The notes: generated by a model from the letters alone, not told the origin. Counted from the first letter of the whole stretch, positions 11,577 through 21,294 are shown. The stretch: 60,844 nucleotides of DNA, filler included, from 3 parts of 3 records of this genome joined end to end with filler, not necessarily neighbours in it; one strand, 5' to 3'. Made by a program: numbers and translations.

Positions 11577-11700
11577 CTCATATACATGAGTTAACGATAT
11601 GTTATCATAGGTTTAATTGATAGAATAAGTCAATTAAATCTTGATCTAAAAAGTACTATTTTTCTACCAAAAAAAGTATACATGAATTAATATATATGTT
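11577..11700. promoter_or_regulatory. Candidate operator elements in the divergent sat/azlC intergenic region
   Basis: Imperfect direct repeat TATACATGAGTTAACGATATGTT (11581-11603) / TATACATGAATTAATATATATGTT (11677-11700). Inverted repeat TTTAATTGA-N9-TCAATTAAA (11612-11638). Confidence 0.45.
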
Positions 11701-11778
11701 TTAATCTTTTTTCTTGTGATTGCAACACTCATTATGACTTATATATTAAAAAAATAAAGGTTTATAAGAAATCTAAAA

Positions 11779-12453
11779 ATGATACAAATTGCCCTAAAAA
11801 CATCTCTACCAATCCTATTTGGCTTTGTCCCTCTGGGAATTGCTTTTGGGCTTTTATTTCAAGAATTAAACTACCCTTGGTATTTTGCATCCCTTATGGG
11901 AATTATTGTATATGCAGGTGCTGCACAGTTTATGGCTATTGGGCTTTTAGCTGCCGGTGTTGGGCTGGTTGAAATTGCAATGTCAACTTTCTTACTTAAC
12001 TCTAGACATATGTTTTATGGGATAGCTTTTCTTGAAAGCTTTGGCAATTGGAATTTAAGAAAGTTATATATGATTTTTGGACTTACAGATGAAACATATG
12101 CACTCATGACTTCTATCAATGTTCCTAATTGTTTTAATAAAAAAAAGTATTTCTTTTTTATTACTTTTTTTGCCCAAATCTACTGGGTTTTAGGCTGCAC
12201 TATTGGTGCATTATCTTCAGAGATTTTATCTTTCAATACTGAAGGTATGGAGTTTGCAGCTACAGCCTTATTTGTAGTTTTGCTTATCGAGCAATGGATC
12301 ATGGTTAAAAGATTATTCCCTTTTATGATTGGCTTTATTGCCTCTTTTATCGCACTAATGTTTTTTATAGATCACATGCTTATTGTGGCGATTATTATCT
12401 CAATTGGATCAATCCTTATATTTCGACTAGTAAACAAATCTCATGATGAATGA
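11779..12453 (+). CDS. azlC: AzlC family branched-chain amino acid exporter, large subunit
   Basis: P.LFGFVPLGIAFG, YAGAAQF, NSRHMFYG, LTDETYA motifs. Confidence 0.92.
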   Translation: MIQIALKTSLPILFGFVPLGIAFGLLFQELNYPWYFASLMGIIVYAGAAQFMAIGLLAAGVGLVEIAMSTFLLNSRHMFYGIAFLESFGNWNLRKLYMIFGLTDETYALMTSINVPNCFNKKKYFFFITFFAQIYWVLGCTIGALSSEILSFNTEGMEFAATALFVVLLIEQWIMVKRLFPFMIGFIASFIALMFFIDHMLIVAIIISIGSILIFRLVNKSHDE

Positions 12454-12763
12454 AATAGAATATCTTTTGGCTGCGATGTTGGTGATGGCAATCTCAACCT
12501 ATCTCACAAGGCTTACTCCCTTCTTGATGTTTACCCCTGGAAAAGATAATGCTAAGCTCAATTTTGTAGCAAAAAATACTCCACCAATGGTAATGATGAT
12601 TCTTGTCATTTATATGTTGAAAGAGGTTGATTACCTATCTACTGAAATTTTTTATACTTTATTTGCTCTTGCTGTTACTGTAGGTCTTCAAATTTTAAAG
12701 AGAAACGCATTATTAAGTATTGTCTCTGGGACTATTTTTTATATGTTTTTTGTTCAAATGTAA
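12443..12763 (+). CDS. azlD: AzlD family exporter, small subunit
   Basis: TYLTRLTPF, PPMVM.ILVIY, RNALLSIVSGT. Overlaps the azlC end. Confidence 0.88.
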   Translation: MMNEIEYLLAAMLVMAISTYLTRLTPFLMFTPGKDNAKLNFVAKNTPPMVMMILVIYMLKEVDYLSTEIFYTLFALAVTVGLQILKRNALLSIVSGTIFYMFFVQM

Positions 12764-12868
12764 TATGGACCATAATGAATTAATATATCTTCAGAACTAT
12801 AAGCTCATAGGAATTACTATATAATCTACCACCCACCGAATATCAACACTTTTTAAGCCGTAACATTT

Positions 12869-14602
12869 ATGATTCAATTAGCAAAAATTTTTCCATTTAT
12901 AGTTTGGTTTAGGCTGACCACTTTGGAGACAATTAAGGCTGATTTTTTCGCAGGTTTGACTGGCGCAATTATTGTTCTTCCTCAAAGTGTTGCGTTTGCA
13001 ACAATTGCTGGAATGCCCCCAGAATATGGTCTATATACTGCAATGGTGGTCCCGATTATTGCTGCACTTTTTGGGTCGTCTTTCCATCTTGTCTCTGGAC
13101 CAACAACAGCAATCTCAATCGTTGTTTTTGCAGCAGTCAGTAAGTATGCTGAGCCAGGCACTGAAGAGTTTGTTTCATTGGCTTTGACGCTTACTTTTTT
13201 AGCAGGCGTATATCAATTTGTATTCGGTTTGGCTAAATTTGGTCTTTTGATAAACTTTGTTTCGCATAATGTAGTAATTGGATTTACAGCAGGAGCTGCA
13301 TTACTAATTGCAAGTAGTCAAATTCCATATATTGTCGGAATTGACATAGCTAGAGGGGAAGATTTTATACACACTTGGTTTGATATATATTGGGGTGTTG
13401 GTGAGTTCAATATATATTTATTAATTGTTGGGCTAGGAACATTAATGAGTGCAATTTTGGTTAAAATTTTAAGGCCAAAGTACCCCAATCTTTTAATAGG
13501 TATGCTTGTTGGTGGTGTTCTTGCATTTTATTTAAGTGGACTGACCGACACGATAAAAACTGTTGGAGCGATGCCTGCTTATTTTCCACCATTATCAACA
13601 CCAGACTTTTCATTAAATTCATTAAAGGAGCTTGCTCCTGAAGCTTTTGCTATAGCACTATTGGGGCTTATAGAGGCATCATCTATTGGAAGGTCAATAG
13701 CAACAAAATCAAACCAAAGAATTGATGCTAATCAGGAGTTTGTTGGTCAAGGCGCTTCTAATATTGTTGGAAGTTTTCTTTCCAGCTATGCATCCTCTGG
13801 CTCCTTTACCAGGTCAGGTGTAAACTTTGAAGCTGGGGCAAGAACGCCACTATCAGCTATCCTGGCAGCGCTTTTTTTGATGGTAATTGTTCTTCTGGTT
13901 GCTCCCTTAATTGCCTATTTGCCACTTGCAGCAATGGCAGGAATTATTTTGCTAGTTGCCTATAATCTTGTTGACTTTAAAAATATCAGAAAAACCTTTA
14001 AGTATAGCAAGTCAGAAAGTGTGATCTTTACAGCTACTTTTCTTGCTACCTTATTGTTTGAGTTAGAGTTTGCAATCTATTTAGGAGTGCTATTATCTTT
14101 AATGCTCTTTATTGCCAAAACTTCAACCCCAGATGTTCACACACTTGCATTTGCTACGCCGCCTGGTGAGGGTGATAGAAGACTGCAAAGCATTCGAAAA
14201 GCGCCTTTAGTGCAGTGTCCACAACTCAAAATCATTCGAATTGATATGTCAATCTATTTTGGATCCATAAATCATATTCAAAAACAGCTCAGCAGAATTG
14301 TTGACAACCAAAGAATCTATCATATTTTAATTGTCGCAAGTGGGGTTAACTTTATTGACCTTGCTGGAATTGAGGCACTTTTGAATGAGAACAAGCGTCT
14401 TAAAGCTCAAAATGGAAGTCTATATTTTGTTGCCGTTAAGTCGACTGCCTTCGAGTTTATGGAGAAGGTTAACTTTGTCAATGAGATAGGACGTGAGAAC
14501 TTCTTTGACACTAAATCGGAAGCAATTAAGGTTCTTTATGATAGGCTTGATAAGAGCAAGTGCGAAAAATGTCAAGCGCTTGTTTTTAATGAATGCCATT
14601 AA
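12869..14602 (+). CDS. SulP family sulfate/anion permease with STAS domain
   Basis: AGLTGAIIVLPQSVAFATIAGMPPEYGLY, SGPT, GSFTRS, C-terminal STAS (IYFGS, VNFIDLAG). Confidence 0.95.
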   Translation: MIQLAKIFPFIVWFRLTTLETIKADFFAGLTGAIIVLPQSVAFATIAGMPPEYGLYTAMVVPIIAALFGSSFHLVSGPTTAISIVVFAAVSKYAEPGTEEFVSLALTLTFLAGVYQFVFGLAKFGLLINFVSHNVVIGFTAGAALLIASSQIPYIVGIDIARGEDFIHTWFDIYWGVGEFNIYLLIVGLGTLMSAILVKILRPKYPNLLIGMLVGGVLAFYLSGLTDTIKTVGAMPAYFPPLSTPDFSLNSLKELAPEAFAIALLGLIEASSIGRSIATKSNQRIDANQEFVGQGASNIVGSFLSSYASSGSFTRSGVNFEAGARTPLSAILAALFLMVIVLLVAPLIAYLPLAAMAGIILLVAYNLVDFKNIRKTFKYSKSESVIFTATFLATLLFELEFAIYLGVLLSLMLFIAKTSTPDVHTLAFATPPGEGDRRLQSIRKAPLVQCPQLKIIRIDMSIYFGSINHIQKQLSRIVDNQRIYHILIVASGVNFIDLAGIEALLNENKRLKAQNGSLYFVAVKSTAFEFMEKVNFVNEIGRENFFDTKSEAIKVLYDRLDKSKCEKCQALVFNECH

Positions 14603-14616
14603 GATGCAAAGATAAT

Positions 14617-14690
14617 TGGAGGCTGGGACCGGAGTCGAACCGGTCTAAAAGGCTTTGCAGGCCCCTGCATAACCGCTTTGCTACCCAGCC
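14617..14690 (-). tRNA. tRNA-Cys(GCA)
   Basis: Reverse complement GGCTGGGTAGCAAAGCGG...CTGCAAA...GGTTCGACTCCGGTCCCAGCCTCCA, CCA encoded. Confidence 0.96.
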
Positions 14691-14705
14691 ATTTTAGCTT
14701 TAACT

Positions 14706-14735
14706 AAAAAAAGCCTGTTTTCTACAGGCCAAAAA
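14706..14735 (-). terminator. Intrinsic-terminator-like hairpin between tRNA-Gly and tRNA-Cys
   Basis: Minus strand GCCTGT-AGAAA-ACAGGC followed by TTTTTTT. Confidence 0.5.
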
Positions 14736-14748
14736 CGCAGTTAGAATT

Positions 14749-14824
14749 TGGAGCGGGAAACGAGATTCGAACTCGCGACATTCACGTTGGCAACGTGATG
14801 CTCTACCAGCTGAGCTATTCCCGC
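14749..14824 (-). tRNA. tRNA-Gly(GCC)
   Basis: Reverse complement GCGGGAATAGCTCAGCTGGTAGAGC...TTGCCAA...GTTCGAATCTCGTTTCCCGCTCCA. pgsA-glyW-cysT order as in Gammaproteobacteria. Confidence 0.97.
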
Positions 14825-14836
14825 ACAAGGTGTGAA

Positions 14837-14864
14837 ATTATAGTGTTTTTTTTCTAACTGTCAA
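14837..14864 (-). promoter_or_regulatory. Sigma70 promoter for tRNA-Gly/Cys
   Basis: Minus strand TTGACA-16 nt-TATAAT, -10 box ending 12 nt before the tRNA-Gly 5' end. Confidence 0.8.
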
Positions 14865-15471
14865 ATGTTTTTAAGCCGGCAACAAGATATTTTATACCAG
14901 ACCATAAAGTGAGAAATGTAGCAAAAAACAACAGTGCAAATCCCATTATATTTATCTCTTCTTCTGAAAAAGTGAAGAGTGGTTGATGAATCAGCAGAAA
15001 AATTATCGCAACCATTTGAACAAGGGTTTTAGATTTACCAATCCAAGATACTGCAACATTGGCCCTTTGGCCAATCTCGCTCATCCATTCTCTTAAGGCA
15101 GAAACAAGAATTTCTCTAGAGATAATAATGACTGAAGGTATTGTTACAAACCACGTGTGATAATAGTCGACTAAAAGAATAAGCGCTGTACAAACTAATA
15201 ATTTGTCTGCAACCGGATCAAGAAATGCTCCAAGTTTAGAGACCTGATTAAGCCTTCTTGCTAAAAAACCATCTATAAAATCGGTTGCACTTATAAGCAC
15301 GAATATTGAAACAATTGAGTAATGAACCCAGCTAAGACTATTTTCGGATAGCGACTCTAGAATTTCACCCGGCCTACCGTCTACATAGTCCGGTTGTAAG
15401 TAAAATAAACCAATGAAAACTGGAATTAAGCAGATTCTTGATAGGGTGATCAGGTTTGGGAGAGTCATCAT
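14854..15471 (-). CDS. pgsA: CDP-diacylglycerol--glycerol-3-phosphate 3-phosphatidyltransferase
   Basis: PNLITLSRI, TDFIDGFLARR...LGAFLDPVADK, REILVSALREWM, GKSKT..QM. Confidence 0.96.
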   Translation of the reverse strand: MMTLPNLITLSRICLIPVFIGLFYLQPDYVDGRPGEILESLSENSLSWVHYSIVSIFVLISATDFIDGFLARRLNQVSKLGAFLDPVADKLLVCTALILLVDYYHTWFVTIPSVIIISREILVSALREWMSEIGQRANVAVSWIGKSKTLVQMVAIIFLLIHQPLFTFSEEEINIMGFALLFFATFLTLWSGIKYLVAGLKTFDS

Positions 15472-15522
15472 AATGTTAATTCTATCAAAGACTCATTGCG
15501 TTTAGAATAAACTTTATAAGGT

Positions 15523-15599
15523 TGGCGCGCTCGGCAGGAGTCGAACCTGCAACCGCTCGGTTCGTAGCCGAGTACTCTATCCAGTTGAGCTACGAGCGC
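15523..15599 (-). tRNA. tRNA-Arg(ACG)
   Basis: Reverse complement GCGCTCGTAGCTCAACTGGATAGAG...CTACGAA...GGTTCGACTCCTGCCGAGCGCGCCA. Confidence 0.96.
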
Positions 15600-15608
15600 A
15601 GCTGCGTA

Positions 15609-15637
15609 ATTATCGCCATGTTTCATCTAAAGGTCAA
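15609..15637 (-). promoter_or_regulatory. Sigma70-like promoter for tRNA-Arg
   Basis: Minus strand TTGACC-17 nt-GATAAT. The -35 box overlaps the murF TGA stop. Confidence 0.6.
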
Positions 15638-16962
15638 GAAGAGTTTTCGCTATTTACTAAATTATCAACTAATTCATTTAGCCGCATCATCCTTGATCCT
15701 TTAATTAGTATTGTGGAGCCTTGATGATTAGTTTGAATTGACTTAAAAATAGAGTTTATATCTTCAAACTGTTGGCCCTGATATTCCTTAGCGTCTTCTC
15801 CAATTGTTAACAGATGATCAATCTTGGATTGACGAACATAGTCACCGATTTCTTGATGCAATTTTTTTGAATCTATACCGAGTTCACCCATAGATCCAAG
15901 CACCAAAACTTTCTCCCCAGAAAAATTACCAATACAATCTATTGCAGCCTTCATTGACTCTGGGTTTGCGTTATAGCTATCGTCAAGTATCTTAAAATTC
16001 TCAAGTTCAATCAACTCTAGTCGGCCTTTTTCTGGCAGGGTATTTTCAAGGCCTTTTTTAATAACATCTGGCTCAATTCCAAGTGCAATGGCACAAGCAG
16101 CAGCAGCCAATGCATTGTCAACCTGATGCAGTCCAATCATAGAAAGATTTACATTCAAAGAAGCATTACTATAGTTAAGATTGAAGTTGATGTGAGATTT
16201 GAATCCAGTGATTTCACTTGGATATATACCGCTACCCTTACCAAAAAAGGTGAGACTCTGGGTGCCAGACATTTCATGCCAGGTTTCTTTGTGCGTAGAG
16301 GAAATATTTATTAGGGCTACACTATCTTTAGTTAATGATTCTAATATTTCTCCTTTAGCTTTTACTAGGTTTTCTTCGCTTCCAAATTCACCTAAATGAG
16401 CGTTATTCGCATTGGTAATGATTGAAATATTTGGACTCGCAATGGAGCATAATAGTGAGATTTCATGTTGATGATTTGCACCCATCTCAATAATGCAGTA
16501 CTTGTGCCTCTCTTCCAGCTCAAGGAGTGTTTTTGGAACACCAAGATGATTGTTAAGATTGCCTTTTGTTGATAGAGTAGGCGCAGCAATCGACAAAATA
16601 GAGTGGAGCATATTCTTAGTCGAAGTTTTGCCATTACTTCCCGTGATTGCAATGACAACGGGGGAGTGAGATTGGCGATGCCAGGCCGCAATATCTTGGT
16701 ATGCCTTCTCAGTATTTTTGACTTGGATCACAGGTAAGTTTGAATGAATTTTCTTATGAGCAATGATTGCAATTGCGCCTAACTCTTCTGCGTTTTGTGC
16801 AAAGGTATGGGCATCAAAATTTGGACCCTCGAGTGCGATGAAAAGTTTACCATTGATATCTGCCCTGGTGTCAGTACAGACCCCATTAAACTCTCTAGCT
16901 TCGTTACTATTTAACTTGCCATTTACAACCTCAGCAATTTTTTGGATATTAGTTGAGAGCAT
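15634..16962 (-). CDS. murF: UDP-N-acetylmuramoyl-tripeptide--D-Ala-D-Ala ligase
   Basis: AITGSNGKTSTK, GNLNNHLGVP, EMGANH, DDSYNANPESM, KGSR. Confidence 0.96.
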   Translation of the reverse strand: MLSTNIQKIAEVVNGKLNSNEAREFNGVCTDTRADINGKLFIALEGPNFDAHTFAQNAEELGAIAIIAHKKIHSNLPVIQVKNTEKAYQDIAAWHRQSHSPVVIAITGSNGKTSTKNMLHSILSIAAPTLSTKGNLNNHLGVPKTLLELEERHKYCIIEMGANHQHEISLLCSIASPNISIITNANNAHLGEFGSEENLVKAKGEILESLTKDSVALINISSTHKETWHEMSGTQSLTFFGKGSGIYPSEITGFKSHINFNLNYSNASLNVNLSMIGLHQVDNALAAAACAIALGIEPDVIKKGLENTLPEKGRLELIELENFKILDDSYNANPESMKAAIDCIGNFSGEKVLVLGSMGELGIDSKKLHQEIGDYVRQSKIDHLLTIGEDAKEYQGQQFEDINSIFKSIQTNHQGSTILIKGSRMMRLNELVDNLVNSENSS

Positions 16963-18337
16963 TCAATGCTACCTCAATGTCACTAAACTGAAGAGTTTTC
17001 GATCCTATAACTTGAGTCGTTTCATGACCTTTTCCAGCTACCAGCAGTGCCTCTTCTTCACCAAGTGTCTGGACGGCTGATTTGATTGCATCACCCCGAT
17101 CTAAGATGACCTGAACATCATTTTCAACTTTTGTTCCTGCCAGAATATCATTCACGATTGACTGAGGGTCCTCACTCCTAGGATTGTCATTAGTTAAGAT
17201 AATGCTGTCAGCAGTCTCACTCGCTATCTTGCCCATAATCTGTCTTTTGCCTTTATCTCTATCACCACCGCAGCCAAATAGGACCCTAATTTTGAATTCT
17301 GGGTAGTGTGTCTTAAGTGTAGAAAGGGCATTATCGAGTGCATCTGGCGTATGGGCATAGTCTACCCAAATGTGAGAGTTTTCTAGCTGCTGCATTCTTC
17401 CGGGCGGCGGTGAAAGCTCTGCCAGAAAAGGAATAATTTGATCGTCACTGTATCCCAAGCATTTGACACTTTGATAAGCAGCCATCGCATTCGAAAGATT
17501 AAACTCTCCCACTAAGGGCAACTCAAAGACGTAATTATTGAGCTGACAAATAAAACCATTCTCACTATTCTTAAAGAAATCTAAATCATCAAGCCCAAAT
17601 GTTATTGGGTTTTTGTCTGAGGCATTATCTAAAAAGTATTGATGGCTTTCATCATCCCGATTAATAATAGCTTTTTTTGAGAAGCCATTCTTAAATAGTT
17701 TGACTTTGGCCTCTCGATAATTGTCCATTGTCTCATGGTAATCAAGATGATCTTGAGTCAGGTTAGTAAAGATGCCCTGAATAAATGAAAGCCCCTCAAG
17801 TCGATCTTGTATGAGCGCATGAGAAGAGGCCTCAATGATGGCTAGCTTTATTCCCTGATTCCAGTATTCTTCAAGTGAACTGTATATTGAGAAGATGTCT
17901 GGCGTTGTATTAACACTCTTCTTATCCACCTTGCTGATTCCCAAAGTTCCGATGACGCCATTATCAACCTCTAAGAAATCTAGTAACTGCGAAATGTAAT
18001 GACTGACTGAGGTCTTACCATTTGTTCCAGTAACTGCAATGAGATCAATATCCTTTGCTTTGGTATAAAAATTTTGAGCAAGCTTAGATAGGTGCGTCTT
18101 GAGGTTATCAATGCGTATAGTGGGAACATCACATTCAAAGTCTTTTCCCTCTATTAAAACTGCTACGCAGCCATTCTCAATGGCACTGTCAATGTAATCT
18201 GCGCCATGACTTTTTTCTCCTTGAAGTGCAATAAATAAATCACCTTTAGAAAGTGTATTCGAATTAAGCGAAATCCCAGAAACGTCGAATATTTCAGCTG
18301 TTTGATGAATGCTAGATAAAAGGGTTTTAATGTCCAT
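16949..18337 (-). CDS. murE: UDP-N-acetylmuramoylalanyl-D-glutamate--2,6-diaminopimelate ligase
   Basis: VTGTNGKTS, EASSHAL, FTNLTQDHLDYH, DYAHTPDAL, DNPR (mDAP-specific), AGKGHE. Confidence 0.96.
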   Translation of the reverse strand: MDIKTLLSSIHQTAEIFDVSGISLNSNTLSKGDLFIALQGEKSHGADYIDSAIENGCVAVLIEGKDFECDVPTIRIDNLKTHLSKLAQNFYTKAKDIDLIAVTGTNGKTSVSHYISQLLDFLEVDNGVIGTLGISKVDKKSVNTTPDIFSIYSSLEEYWNQGIKLAIIEASSHALIQDRLEGLSFIQGIFTNLTQDHLDYHETMDNYREAKVKLFKNGFSKKAIINRDDESHQYFLDNASDKNPITFGLDDLDFFKNSENGFICQLNNYVFELPLVGEFNLSNAMAAYQSVKCLGYSDDQIIPFLAELSPPPGRMQQLENSHIWVDYAHTPDALDNALSTLKTHYPEFKIRVLFGCGGDRDKGKRQIMGKIASETADSIILTNDNPRSEDPQSIVNDILAGTKVENDVQVILDRGDAIKSAVQTLGEEEALLVAGKGHETTQVIGSKTLQFSDIEVALNALN

Positions 18338-18371
18338 TGTTATTAAAACCTATTAAGGTAATTTATACTTA

Positions 18372-19337
18372 TTAAAATAATTTTGCTTGAATCAAAGTAT
18401 GCATGTTGATTGCGCCAACTAAATTGTTACTTGAGTCAACAACTGGCAATGAGTTTAAGCTGTATTTCTCCATCAACTTCATTGCGATTAATGCAGGCTC
18501 TTGTGGCTCAATGGACTTGCAATCTATGGTCATGACATCTCCAATGGCTAGCTTCTGAAAATCGACATTGGACTCTAACACCCTTCTTAAGTCACCATCT
18601 GTAAAGATCCCTATAAGCTTTTCATTTTCAGAAATGAGAACCATTCCAAGCGCCTTTTCACTCATCACTAAAAGGCTATCAATAAGGAGCGTCTCTTTAG
18701 AGACCATTGGAATATCTTTCCCTGATTTCATAATGCTGGAAACAAGGGTAAGGAGTCTTCTGCCTAGAGATCCTGAAGGATGAGACATGGCAAAATCTTC
18801 TGATGTGAAATTGTTTGAAGAGATAAGCGATACAGCAATGGCATCCCCCATCACCAAGGCAACTGTCGTGCTCGAAGTTGGCGCTAAATTGTGAGGGCAC
18901 GCTTCCTTATCAACGCTGACATTCAAATGAAAATCACTTGATGAGGCGATTGAAGAGTTAGCATTACCTGTCATACTGATAATAGGCACATTCATTCTTT
19001 TGATGCCTGGGAGCAGTGCAATAATCTCATCTGACTCCCCAGAATAAGAAATCATAATAACAACATCGTCATGACTCACCATCCCAAGATCACCGTGACC
19101 AGCTTCTCCTGGGTGTAAGTAGAAAGCAGGAGTCCCTGTAGATGCCAAGGTTGAAGAGATTTTTTTAGCAATATGGCCAGACTTACCCATTCCAATCAGA
19201 ACAACTTTCCCCATACAGCTTTTGAGAGTATGGCAAACGTCGATAAAATTTTGATCAATTCTGTCCTTTAAAAGTAAAACAGAGTCAGACTCAATTTGAA
19301 TGACTTCTTTAGCAATATCGATTAATGATTTACCCAC
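18372..19337 (-). CDS. kdsD: Arabinose-5-phosphate isomerase (KpsF/GutQ family, SIS + 2 CBS)
   Basis: GMGKSGHIA, HPGEAGHGDLG, EACPHNLAPTSSTT, GIFTDGDLRR. Confidence 0.93.
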   Translation of the reverse strand: MGKSLIDIAKEVIQIESDSVLLLKDRIDQNFIDVCHTLKSCMGKVVLIGMGKSGHIAKKISSTLASTGTPAFYLHPGEAGHGDLGMVSHDDVVIMISYSGESDEIIALLPGIKRMNVPIISMTGNANSSIASSSDFHLNVSVDKEACPHNLAPTSSTTVALVMGDAIAVSLISSNNFTSEDFAMSHPSGSLGRRLLTLVSSIMKSGKDIPMVSKETLLIDSLLVMSEKALGMVLISENEKLIGIFTDGDLRRVLESNVDFQKLAIGDVMTIDCKSIEPQEPALIAMKLMEKYSLNSLPVVDSSNNLVGAINMHTLIQAKLF

Positions 19338-19456
19338 AGGCTCAGTAGAATTGGTCTTTGTTATGTATATAGATTATAAATATTATTTAACAAGAATGGG
19401 TTATATAATCTCGAGATGGAAAATTTTTTATTATTTATATTGTCTGAGCTAAGTTA

Positions 19457-19939
19457 GTGGAATTAAAAAATAAAGTTCTATTTGTTTGCATGGGTAATAT
19501 TTGTCGCTCACCTACAGCAGAGGGTGCTTTTAGATCAATTGTTGAAAAAAATACTAAGTCACAATATTTTGAAATAGACTCAGCTGGGACGCATGCATAT
19601 CATATAGGTAATTCACCTGATCAAAGATCCCAACAAGCTGCGATTAAAAATGGTGTTGATTTGTCAAGCCAGAGAGCACGTCAAGTTCATGAGAGTGACT
19701 TTTATTACTATGACTTTATTATTGCCATGGATTCTGACAACCTTGGGAGATTGAAATCAATCTGCCCTAAGGATAGTCATTCAAAGATTAAATTAATGTT
19801 AGATTATTCTAATGATTACCCTGGTGCTAGTGTTCCTGACCCCTACTATGAAGGGAAATTTGATGAAGTCTTCAAAATGGTCCACTCAGCCTGTTTGTCT
19901 TTTTATGAAAGTATCGAAAAAAAGACCAATATTCATTGA
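19457..19939 (+). CDS. Low-molecular-weight protein-tyrosine phosphatase
   Basis: VCMGNICRSPTAE P-loop, DSAGT, VPDPYY. Confidence 0.95.
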   Translation: MELKNKVLFVCMGNICRSPTAEGAFRSIVEKNTKSQYFEIDSAGTHAYHIGNSPDQRSQQAAIKNGVDLSSQRARQVHESDFYYYDFIIAMDSDNLGRLKSICPKDSHSKIKLMLDYSNDYPGASVPDPYYEGKFDEVFKMVHSACLSFYESIEKKTNIH

Positions 19940-19965
19940 CATCGTAGATACCACCAAAGTATAAT
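19936..19965 (+). promoter_or_regulatory. Sigma70 promoter of the str operon
   Basis: TTGACA (19936-19941)-18 nt-TATAAT (19960-19965) upstream of rpsL. GGAG SD near 20013. Confidence 0.8.
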
Positions 19966-20027
19966 TGCCGGCTTTATTCACCCCAAAGTGGGCGAAAAAC
20001 TAAATATACATTGGAGTATAAACCTTT

Positions 20028-20402
20028 ATGTCAACGATTAACCAATTGGTACGAAAGCCGAGAAGTAAGAAGATAGTTAAAACTGGTGTTCCTGCATTAG
20101 ACAGCTGCCCGCAAAAGCGTGGGGTATGCACTCGAGTCTATACTACAACTCCAAAAAAACCAAACTCTGCTCTTAGAAAGGTTGCTCGTGTCAGACTGAC
20201 TAACTCTGCTGAAGTTACTACTTACATCGGTGGTGAAGGTCACAATCTTCAAGAGCACTCTGTGATTCTTATCCGTGGTGGTCGTGTAAAGGATTTACCT
20301 GGTGTTCGTTACCACACTGTTCGTGGTGCACTAGATACAACAGGTGTTGATGGAAGAATGCAAGGCCGTTCAAAATACGGTACCAAGAGACCTAAAAAAT
20401 AA
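20028..20402 (+). CDS. rpsL: 30S ribosomal protein S12
   Basis: [31 protein letters not shown]. Confidence 0.99.
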   Translation: MSTINQLVRKPRSKKIVKTGVPALDSCPQKRGVCTRVYTTTPKKPNSALRKVARVRLTNSAEVTTYIGGEGHNLQEHSVILIRGGRVKDLPGVRYHTVRGALDTTGVDGRMQGRSKYGTKRPKK

Positions 20403-20409
20403 TTTTTAA

Positions 20410-20889
<480 letters not shown>

Positions 20890-20904
20890 TTTAAGGACTC
20901 AATC

Positions 20905-21294
20905 ATGGCAAGAACCACACCTATTAATCGTTATCGTAATGTCGGAATCATGGCACACATTGATGCCGGAAAGACAACTACAACTGAACGTATTCTTTTA
21001 TATACTGGCCGTACTCACAAAATTGGTGAGGTTCACGACGGAAGTGCAACAATGGACTGGATGGAGCAGGAGCAAGAAAGAGGTATTACAATTACTTCAG
21101 CTGCAACAACATGTTTCTGGAATGGTATGGATGGTCAATTTGATGATCATCGTGTCAATATTATTGATACCCCAGGACACGTGGACTTTACGATTGAAGT
21201 CGAAAGGTCACTTAAAGTATTAGACGGCGCTTGCGCCGTTTTTTGTGCGGTTGGCGGTGTAGAGCCTCAATCAGAAACAGTTTGGAGACAAGCT
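20905..21294 (+). CDS. fusA: Elongation factor G (truncated at contig end)
   Basis: [35 protein letters not shown]. Runs into the N linker. Confidence 0.98.

Noticed and set aside
14617-15599. tRNA cluster as an integration site for a mobile element
   Set aside because: No integrase, transposase or duplicated tRNA 3' end seen nearby.
15522-15704. 60-aa ORF MARSAGVEPAT...
   Set aside because: Antisense translation of tRNA-Arg.
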